Shown: positions 46,171 to 52,318 of the stretch, piece by piece | Position numbering within the stretch: the first letter of the stretch is position 1 | How the letters are laid out: each line of letters starts with the position of its first letter | Virus record (IMG/VR): IMGVR_UViG_3300032331_000666 | Location: 1 to 52,318 of that record | DNA from: a virus | Taxonomy: Duplodnaviria > Caudoviricetes | Strand: one strand, 5' to 3' | DNA length: 52,318 bases | The notes under the pieces: model-generated | What the model saw: the letters and a program-made list of their open reading frames with translations, nothing else | Databases searched by the model: none | What the model was told of the DNA's origin: nothing | Made by a program: the position numbers and the translations under genes

Positions 46171-46184
46171 AACGAAAGGATCAA

Positions 46185-46358
46185 ATGAGTTTTATAAAAA
46201 GAAAGGAAGACGGCTTCCTAACAAAGAAGCTTGTACAAGAACTAAAGTTGTATCATACTACTCCTGAGGAACTAGATCCTATTAGAAAGATCGCAATTGA
46301 TTACTTACTCTCGGATAGTTGGAAGAATTACAAAACATATAAGGGAACTCCACAATGA
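46185..46358 (+). CDS. Hypothetical protein
   Basis: AAAGGA RBS before MSFIKRK. Confidence 0.55.
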   Translation: MSFIKRKEDGFLTKKLVQELKLYHTTPEELDPIRKIAIDYLLSDSWKNYKTYKGTPQ

Positions 46359-46528
46359 ATTTTACACATGCGGTTGTAGATGATGGCGATATTATAAGAA
46401 AGTATCGTTGGTCTAAACGAGAAGCTAAATGGTATAAAGATTCTCATCCTGATATAGATGTGATACAGTTGCCTAAAGAAGAAGTAAAACCATTTAACAC
46501 TAATGATTATGAAGAGGCACCATATTAA
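46355..46528 (+). CDS. 57-aa hypothetical protein
   Basis: MNFTHAVVDDGDIIRKYRWS...EEAPY; AAGGGA RBS. Confidence 0.6.
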   Translation: MNFTHAVVDDGDIIRKYRWSKREAKWYKDSHPDIDVIQLPKEEVKPFNTNDYEEAPY

Positions 46529-46686
46529 TGACTGACACAAAGAAAACAATAATAGTTGAAAACGTTTTAGTTAAGGGGTATATTAAACACGCTAATGGAA
46601 AAAAGACTATGTTTGAATTTAACAAGCAAGACTTTAAACCAGCATCATTCGAGAAAATATTTGAGGAAGTAGGTCGTAAGCTTTAA
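46528..46686 (+). CDS. 52-aa hypothetical protein
   Basis: MTDTKKTIIVENV...; TAATG coupling at both ends. Confidence 0.6.
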   Translation: MTDTKKTIIVENVLVKGYIKHANGKKTMFEFNKQDFKPASFEKIFEEVGRKL

Positions 46687-46913
46687 TGTATACAAAGTTA
46701 GATGATATGAAAATGGCACAAAAGATTTTGCTCTATATTGAAAAGAATCCAAGAGCCACAAGAAAAGACATTACAAAGTATTGCTTTACAAATATGCGTA
46801 GGTTGAGACAGTTAGAAGCAGAAGGATATATAAATATCCCACCACCTATGCCAAGAGAAATCAGGAATAGGGATTACTATGAGAACAAAGCCATTCAATC
46901 AGCAAGTTCATGA
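46686..46913 (+). CDS. Small winged-helix-like protein
   Basis: IL.YIE.NP.ATRKDI...RLRQLE.EGYI. Confidence 0.5.
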   Translation: MYTKLDDMKMAQKILLYIEKNPRATRKDITKYCFTNMRRLRQLEAEGYINIPPPMPREIRNRDYYENKAIQSASS

Positions 46914-47301
46914 TGCCTGTGATCCTCCCGCAAGAGAGGCAATAATTAAATACATTAAAGCTACATGGGGTTTAAATGCTTGGCACAACCCTGATAAGTA
47001 TGCGGTAGATTTAATTATAGAGCGTGATAAAGAGGCGATTGGATACGCAGAGATAGAAATGAGAGATTGGGATCATTGCCCGTTCAAAACAATCCATATA
47101 CCTAAACGAAAAGATAAACTATTTGATAATGGTAAGCACACAATTTATTTCGTTGTGTCAAGAGGCATTAGCAAGGCTTGGTATGTTAATTCACAAGTGA
47201 TTAAAAATTCAGCAGTGCAAGAGATACCTAACAAAGCTGTTAGTCAAGGAGAATATTTTTATGATGTGCCTACATACCTATTCACTGAAATAAGTTTGTA
47301 G
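46879..47301 (+). CDS. PD-(D/E)XK-like nuclease
   Basis: YAVDLI...GYAEIEMR...TIHIP.RK.K. Confidence 0.55.
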   Translation: MRTKPFNQQVHDACDPPAREAIIKYIKATWGLNAWHNPDKYAVDLIIERDKEAIGYAEIEMRDWDHCPFKTIHIPKRKDKLFDNGKHTIYFVVSRGISKAWYVNSQVIKNSAVQEIPNKAVSQGEYFYDVPTYLFTEISL

Positions 47302-47314
47302 CATAGAATTATAA

Positions 47315-47614
47315 ATGAGAGACAATAAACCACAATACACTGATTTAGAGCATAGGATATTAGAACTATCTGATGTGATAGACATGTTAAATGAAGAGAA
47401 CATTCATCTCAAAGATATTATTGCCTCTCACCAATGGAATGCAACCGAATTTGAAAAAGATTATATACTGCACGAGATCACAAGTTTAAGACATCAAGTA
47501 TTAGTTTTAGAAAAGAGTGAACATAGTGCAATAGCAAGTCGTGATATGTTTCAAGATAGGAATGCAGAGTTATTAAAACAACTTGCGTATTATAAGAAGC
47601 TCCAAAAAGCTTAG
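47315..47614 (+). CDS. Coiled-coil hypothetical protein
   Basis: SRD.FQ.RNAEL motif; precedes the helicase. Confidence 0.55.
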   Translation: MRDNKPQYTDLEHRILELSDVIDMLNEENIHLKDIIASHQWNATEFEKDYILHEITSLRHQVLVLEKSEHSAIASRDMFQDRNAELLKQLAYYKKLQKA

Positions 47615-47652
47615 CCCACCCCAGAGGGTATCTGGACGTTAAAAGGATAATT

Positions 47653-49140
47653 ATGTTAGAACTTAGAGAACACCAACAAGGTGTCATTGATGCATTGCGA
47701 CAAGGATTTAAAGAGGGTCATAGAGCTCAACTACTATATGCACCTACAGGATTTGGCAAGACAGAGGTAGCTATCTATCTAATGGAAGCTACAAGGAAAA
47801 AAGATAACAGATCAGCAATGATCTTAGATCGCATAGTCTTAGTAGATCAAACATCACAAAGATTAGACAAGTATGATATCTTTCATGGCGTTCACCAAGC
47901 TGACCATTGGAAATATAATACATCAGAACTAATTCAAATATGCTCTTCTCAAACATTAGAGCGCAGACAAGACTTTCCAAAGATGGATGTATTAATCATT
48001 GATGAATGTCATATTGCACGCAAACAGATTGTTGATCTAATTAAAAACAATCCAAATCTTAGGGTCATTGGCTTAACTGCTACTCCGTTTACCAAGGGCT
48101 TAGGTAATATCTATACTAATGTGGTATGTGGATCAACTACACAATCACTTGTTGTTAATAAATGGTTAGCCCCACTCAAAGTCTATATCGCTAAAGAGAT
48201 TGATATGAAGGGTGCTAAAAAGATTGCAGGTGAATGGTCTCCTGATGTAGTGACTGAACGAGGCATGAGGATTACAGGGGATATCGTTCAAGAATGGATT
48301 AAAAAGACGCATGAGATATTCGGCAGACCACGCAAGACTATTGTCTTTTGTGCGGGAGTAGCACATGGTTTAGACTTAGTTAAACAGTTTGCCGAGAAGG
48401 GATATAACTTTGTATCTATCTCATATAAAGAAACAAGTGAATTTAAGAAGGAGGTGATCGAGAACTTTAGCAAGCCCGATACAGACATTCATGGATTGAT
48501 TGCTACAGACATATTAACTCGTGGATTTGATGTCCCTGATGTCATGATCGGAGTGTCCGCTAGGCCATTCAGTAAATCCCTATCCTCTCATATTCAACAG
48601 ATGGGTAGGGTGATGCGCCCCTCAACTGATAAAGACTTTGCCTTATGGTTAGATCATTCAGGTAATTATATTCGCTTCCGTAATGAGTGGGAAGAGGTAT
48701 ATCAAGAAGGCGTTAAAGACTTAGACGAAAGTAAGGTCGAACACGCACACAAAGAACCAACAGAACGAGAAAAGATAGAGGCTAAGTGTCCATCATGCTC
48801 AGCACTATGGGAACAAGGATCAGAGGAATGCTATGCTTGTGGATACGTTAGGAAGAAAAAACAATTTGGTTCATTAGCGGGTGAGATGCATGAGCTAGGC
48901 ATGAATGGCCGAGATGATGTAAGGCACAGACAACAATTCTTCTCTGAGCTATTGTATGTAGCTAAGAACAAAAACTACAGTCCTAATTGGGCAAGCCATA
49001 AGTATAGAGAAAAGTATGGTGTATGGCCTAGAGATTTAGTATTTAGAACCGAGACTCCATCTATTACTACAATGAATTGGATTAAGCATAGAATGATTGC
49101 TTATAGTAAAGCCAATAAAAAAGATAGGAAGGTAGCATGA
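47653..49140 (+). CDS. Superfamily 2 DNA helicase with Zn finger
   Basis: APTGFGKT, IIDECH, GLTATP, GFDVP, QQMGRVMR, CPSC...CYACG. Confidence 0.93.
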   Translation: MLELREHQQGVIDALRQGFKEGHRAQLLYAPTGFGKTEVAIYLMEATRKKDNRSAMILDRIVLVDQTSQRLDKYDIFHGVHQADHWKYNTSELIQICSSQTLERRQDFPKMDVLIIDECHIARKQIVDLIKNNPNLRVIGLTATPFTKGLGNIYTNVVCGSTTQSLVVNKWLAPLKVYIAKEIDMKGAKKIAGEWSPDVVTERGMRITGDIVQEWIKKTHEIFGRPRKTIVFCAGVAHGLDLVKQFAEKGYNFVSISYKETSEFKKEVIENFSKPDTDIHGLIATDILTRGFDVPDVMIGVSARPFSKSLSSHIQQMGRVMRPSTDKDFALWLDHSGNYIRFRNEWEEVYQEGVKDLDESKVEHAHKEPTEREKIEAKCPSCSALWEQGSEECYACGYVRKKKQFGSLAGEMHELGMNGRDDVRHRQQFFSELLYVAKNKNYSPNWASHKYREKYGVWPRDLVFRTETPSITTMNWIKHRMIAYSKANKKDRKVA

Positions 49141-49970
49141 GGTTCGAAGACTTTGCAAGGATACATGGTTTAATCATTGATAATCTTATCCCACATAGAC
49201 AAGTAAGAACACCAACAGAAGACCATCCAAGAAGTAGGAATGGGTCATATAAATTCTTAGGTGATGTAGGCTTTGTAATGAATTGGGCTACTATGGAAGA
49301 GCCAGCAGTATGGTTTCCTGATAAACAAAACGCCTCAAGCGTAGTGCTAAAAAAGAGTTCAGTCGATCACACTAAAGAGCGTGAACGCCTAGCCAAGAAG
49401 GCAAGTGATAAAGCGGGGTGGATATTGCACCAATGTAAAGAAGAGACGCATCCATACTTAGCATCTAAAGGATTTCCAGATGAGGTAGGTAATGTCTGGA
49501 CAAAGGATGATGAACGCATATTAGTTATACCCATGAGGATCGATAAACGACTTGTTGGATGTCAGCTCATCAATAGCAATGGGGTCAAGAAGTTCCTGTA
49601 TGGACAAACGACCAAGGGGGCAACTCTTACCATGAACGCAAAGGGTCTCCCTATTTTCTGCGAGGGTTATGCGACTGCCCTCAGTATCAGAGAGGCCATG
49701 ATCGCTAATAACATCAAGTATTCTATCCACGTTTGCTTCAGTGCATCCAACATGAAGCTGATAGCAGGGCAATTTCCCTACGGGCTGATCGTTGCCGATA
49801 ACGATAATTCCCATGTGGGTGAGACTACCGCTAGGAAAACAGGCAAGCCTTATTGGCTCTCCGAGACAGTCGGGGATGATTTCAATGATTTTCATAAACG
49901 AGTAGGCACTTTCAAGGCCTCTCAGTCCCTCAAAAAGAAATTAATAGAGATAGGTAGCTTGGTGATCTAA
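49137..49970 (+). CDS. TOPRIM-domain primase
   Basis: HPYL.SKG, Q.I...G.K.F, CEGYATALS, VADND, GDDFND. Confidence 0.88.
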   Translation: MRFEDFARIHGLIIDNLIPHRQVRTPTEDHPRSRNGSYKFLGDVGFVMNWATMEEPAVWFPDKQNASSVVLKKSSVDHTKERERLAKKASDKAGWILHQCKEETHPYLASKGFPDEVGNVWTKDDERILVIPMRIDKRLVGCQLINSNGVKKFLYGQTTKGATLTMNAKGLPIFCEGYATALSIREAMIANNIKYSIHVCFSASNMKLIAGQFPYGLIVADNDNSHVGETTARKTGKPYWLSETVGDDFNDFHKRVGTFKASQSLKKKLIEIGSLVI

Positions 49971-49979
49971 ACTACCTAT
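49950..49979. terminator. Hairpin between convergent operons
   Basis: ATAGGTAG...CTACCTAT inverted repeat. Confidence 0.5.
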
Positions 49980-49985
49980 TATAGA

Positions 49986-50366
49986 TCAATAAAAATAAAG
50001 ATTATTGACTTGCGCTAACAAAGGCTTCTTAAATACATTCTGTTTTGGGTGTATTCTACTATCGTGAAAAAACTGAGAATGCCCTACAGGATTATAAGTA
50101 TAACCTTTTTGTTTCGTTAGAAATTTAACTGCCTGTAGCTTATAAGTCAGCAATTGAATATGGCTTGGTTCTTTAGCTTTACCTTGTTGTAGCAAGGTTA
50201 TATACTCGAATTGTTTTGGCTCGTAAACTGTATCACAGACTCGGCTAATCGTCTTGGCTCGGTTCATAACTACATTATAAACTGCCTGTTGATTAGCAAA
50301 ATCACCACCCGCTTCACCGAATAATACAAGGGCAAGACAAGTGCTTGCTAGTTCTAGTTCTACCAT
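49986..50366 (-). CDS. SleB-like cell wall hydrolase (Hydrolase_2)
   Basis: CLAL..FGEAGG...AV..VVMNR...VC..VY.PKQF...FFH...LYFY. Confidence 0.85.
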   Translation of the reverse strand: MVELELASTCLALVLFGEAGGDFANQQAVYNVVMNRAKTISRVCDTVYEPKQFEYITLLQQGKAKEPSHIQLLTYKLQAVKFLTKQKGYTYNPVGHSQFFHDSRIHPKQNVFKKPLLAQVNNLYFY

Positions 50367-50468
50367 AAATGTTCCTCTTTGTTATTATGGAATGCACAGA
50401 GTATCAGTATTAGCAAGGGTTTCAAAGCATACAGTGTCATCAATGTATGCTATAATAAGCCTTATGGC

Positions 50469-50657
50469 CTATCCCTTTTCCCCAAAATCAGCAATTAAAA
50501 CTACCAATTCATATTCATCACTGAATTCTTTAATAGGTGCTTTAGTCCATAGATAAGTCATAGCATACTTATATATGCTAGTTCCACTCTTCTTCTTTAC
50601 CTTATAGGCTTGGCACTTAAAAAACTCTGCCCCCTTCAAAGCCTGTTGCTCAGTCAT
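50469..50657 (-). CDS. Small early protein
   Basis: GAGG RBS; ATGA coupling. Confidence 0.55.
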   Translation of the reverse strand: MTEQQALKGAEFFKCQAYKVKKKSGTSIYKYAMTYLWTKAPIKEFSDEYELVVLIADFGEKG

Positions 50658-50877
50658 TTTTAACCTCTACAATGCGAAACTCTTCACGATCAGGCACATC
50701 AGCTAGATAATTGTCATCAACGGCAGTTTGGCAGTCTTGAAAAAACATATCTAATTCTTCTTTTGCCACCTCATACTTGTCATATGTAGTAGGTATAGTA
50801 TTCCCATCATCATCTTCATAAGACCATGTATTAGTCCAACCGCCACATAAACATAACTCCTGAATTTCATAGGCCAT
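50650..50877 (-). CDS. Small acidic early protein
   Basis: GGAGG RBS; GWTNTW...FRIV. Confidence 0.6.
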   Translation of the reverse strand: MAYEIQELCLCGGWTNTWSYEDDDGNTIPTTYDKYEVAKEELDMFFQDCQTAVDDNYLADVPDREEFRIVEVKND

Positions 50878-51049
50878 GACAATCCTCCCTGTATAAGTTC
50901 ATAACTTCTCTCTCACTTAATCCAACCTTACCGATTAAATGTTGCTTTAAAGTATTTAAGTTTATATCTTTAGTTTCTGTATCTTGGCAATAGTATTCCA
51001 ATTCTTTCTTACCAATATACTCTAATGCGTAATCTACTAACTTGCTCAT
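50867..51049 (-). CDS. Small early protein
   Basis: AGGAGG RBS. Confidence 0.6.
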   Translation of the reverse strand: MSKLVDYALEYIGKKELEYYCQDTETKDINLNTLKQHLIGKVGLSEREVMNLYREDCHGL

Positions 51050-51057
51050 ATATCCTC

Positions 51058-51249
51058 CTAGTGTGAATTAGCATTGGCTTCTTGATCCGAAGCCCAATTA
51101 TCTATGCAATTATCAAACCTTCTCATAGACTCCTCTGCAATAGCAGTCATAAGTTTAAGATAGTCATCACCCTCAACTCCTTCAATCTCATCTGCATCTT
51201 GCATAGCCTCTAATACGCTTTTATATATTGCTAATGCTCTGTTGTTCAT
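51058..51249 (-). CDS. Small acidic early protein
   Basis: AAGGGG RBS before MNNRALA; AMQDADEIEG...Y..LM. Confidence 0.6.
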   Translation of the reverse strand: MNNRALAIYKSVLEAMQDADEIEGVEGDDYLKLMTAIAEESMRRFDNCIDNWASDQEANANSH

Positions 51250-51532
51250 TATTTTCCCCTTTAAAGTAAAATTCATATTCCTCCCAAAACTCTTTTGCAC
51301 TATTGATATTAATATATTCACTATGAGTTTCGTTGTAATTATCTTGCGTTTGCCATACAATCCTAAAGCCTAAGTCTAAAAAATCACCATCTTCCTCAGG
51401 ATTATAATCTGTGTCATAGTTCATATCCTCAACCTTGCCCGAACCATCACTTCTAAACCATTCAAAAGCAGTTTGATCGGCCATAGCTTGTGCTAAAGCA
51501 TAAGCATTGGCTTCTGTTATTTGCTCACTCAT
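51221..51532 (-). CDS. Acidic early protein
   Basis: GAGGAGG RBS region; D/E-rich. Confidence 0.55.
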   Translation of the reverse strand: MSEQITEANAYALAQAMADQTAFEWFRSDGSGKVEDMNYDTDYNPEEDGDFLDLGFRIVWQTQDNYNETHSEYININSAKEFWEEYEFYFKGENNEQQSISNI

Positions 51533-51728
51533 CATCTTCCTCCTCATCTTGCATTTCTAAATAACGCTTATATTCCTCGTTAAGTTCGTCATCAGTATAA
51601 TTGTTGTATCCTTTTCTGCCATTAAGAAGCATATCTCTTATACAATCATCATTCTCTCCCATAGACATACTAGCCACACCATTCATATCATCTTCCAAAA
51701 GTTCATCTATCATTTCTTTCCTGTTCAT
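51525..51728 (-). CDS. Highly acidic early protein
   Basis: GGAGG RBS; G.KGY..YTD.EL..EY. Confidence 0.6.
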   Translation of the reverse strand: MNRKEMIDELLEDDMNGVASMSMGENDDCIRDMLLNGRKGYNNYTDDELNEEYKRYLEMQDEEEDDE

Positions 51729-51880
51729 AGCTTTTCCTCCGTATATACATCTTTATATTTAAAAGTAATAACTAACATCTCATGCGTAGGGTCTGCTTCA
51801 CATACCTTACATATATCAACCCATGTATCAATATGATTAAAATCATCAGGATACAGTTTTAAATGCACAAATTCACTCAT
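51725..51880 (-). CDS. 51-aa early protein
   Basis: MSEFVHLKLYPDDF...; coupled at both ends. Confidence 0.55.
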   Translation of the reverse strand: MSEFVHLKLYPDDFNHIDTWVDICKVCEADPTHEMLVITFKYKDVYTEEKL

Positions 51881-52046
51881 CACCTTCCTCCTCTACATGG
51901 TCTATTGTGAAATTATCGCTATCGCAAGGTTCTAAAGCACTTGTCATCATGTCATAAAACTTTTCAATAGCTTCATCTCTTGTTTCGGCTTCAACCTCTT
52001 CCTGATAATACACTTGCTCACTTGCTTTAATTATAAATCTAGGCAT
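51873..52046 (-). CDS. 57-aa acidic DpnD/PcfM-like protein
   Basis: MPRFIIKASEQVYYQEEVEAETRDEA; GGAGG RBS. Confidence 0.6.
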   Translation of the reverse strand: MPRFIIKASEQVYYQEEVEAETRDEAIEKFYDMMTSALEPCDSDNFTIDHVEEEGDE

Positions 52047-52212
52047 TTTCTACCTCCTCAACTGATAATATTTCAAAGTTTACATCTTCAACTGCAACCC
52101 AATCGTTTAGATCAATACCATTAGATATGCTTTCTGCCTCTGCCTCGTTTTCTGCATCAACATCAATTTCATACAAAGTAGTGACCTCTGCGGTTATACT
52201 AAACTTTTTCAT
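52039..52212 (-). CDS. 57-aa acidic DpnD/PcfM-like protein (paralog)
   Basis: MKKFSITAEVTTLYEIDVDAENEAEA; GGAGG RBS. Confidence 0.6.
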   Translation of the reverse strand: MKKFSITAEVTTLYEIDVDAENEAEAESISNGIDLNDWVAVEDVNFEILSVEEVENA

Positions 52213-52318
52213 TTTTAACCTCCGCTACTTCAACCTGATCCCAATATGTATCTTGGTGATCTGTTTCTATTTCCTCAAAGTCAGTATCATAATACTCGCC
52301 TTGCATAGCTAACTCTAA
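52199..52318 (-). CDS. C-terminal part of an acidic early protein (truncated by window)
   Basis: Open frame ...LELAMQGEYYDTDFEEIETDHQDTYWDQVEVAEVKNEKV*. Confidence 0.5.
   Translation of the reverse strand, partial: LELAMQGEYYDTDFEEIETDHQDTYWDQVEVAEVKNEKV

Noticed and set aside
45342-46180. tRNA or att site in the long intergenic region
   Set aside because: No cloverleaf or T-loop GTTCRA pattern, and no integrase in the window.
46131-46184. GTG start for the 46131 ORF
   Set aside because: No RBS; AAAGGA precedes the ATG at 46185.
52127-52312. Plus-strand 61-aa ORF
   Set aside because: Antisense shadow of RBS-bearing minus-strand early genes.

Overview
About 52 kb of a tailed dsDNA bacteriophage genome (AT-rich, podovirus-like gene set). 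+ strand, 1-37944: end of a scaffold-like gene, Mu-gpT-like major capsid protein, small basic virion proteins, head-tail adaptors, a long tail fibre/glycine-rich adhesin array containing an HNH-AP2 homing endonuclease, holin and GH24 endolysin, tail tube/nozzle protein, ejection proteins, and a 2384-aa polyvalent protein with a GHKL ATPase and a zincin motif. 37922-44638: rusA (-), then a recombination/accessory operon (PD-(D/E)XK exonuclease, ERF, SSB-like, SprT-like, metallophosphoesterase, DUF1289). 44639-46180 is the most unusual part. On the - strand lies a 23-aa PQQ precursor gene (pqqA, Methylophilaceae-type, missed by the ORF track), followed by an Fe(II)/2OG-oxygenase-like gene whose start codon sits in the loop of the pqqA terminator hairpin. 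Diverging from it are a promoter-to-terminator small RNA with C/U-rich hairpin loops and a second structured element. 46185-49970: SF2 helicase/TOPRIM primase module. 49986-end (-): SleB-like hydrolase and small acidic early genes. The host is inferred to be a methylotrophic betaproteobacterium (Methylophilaceae). No terminase, portal, integrase, DNA polymerase, tRNA or CRISPR array was seen. All family calls come from motif recognition by eye, not database searches.
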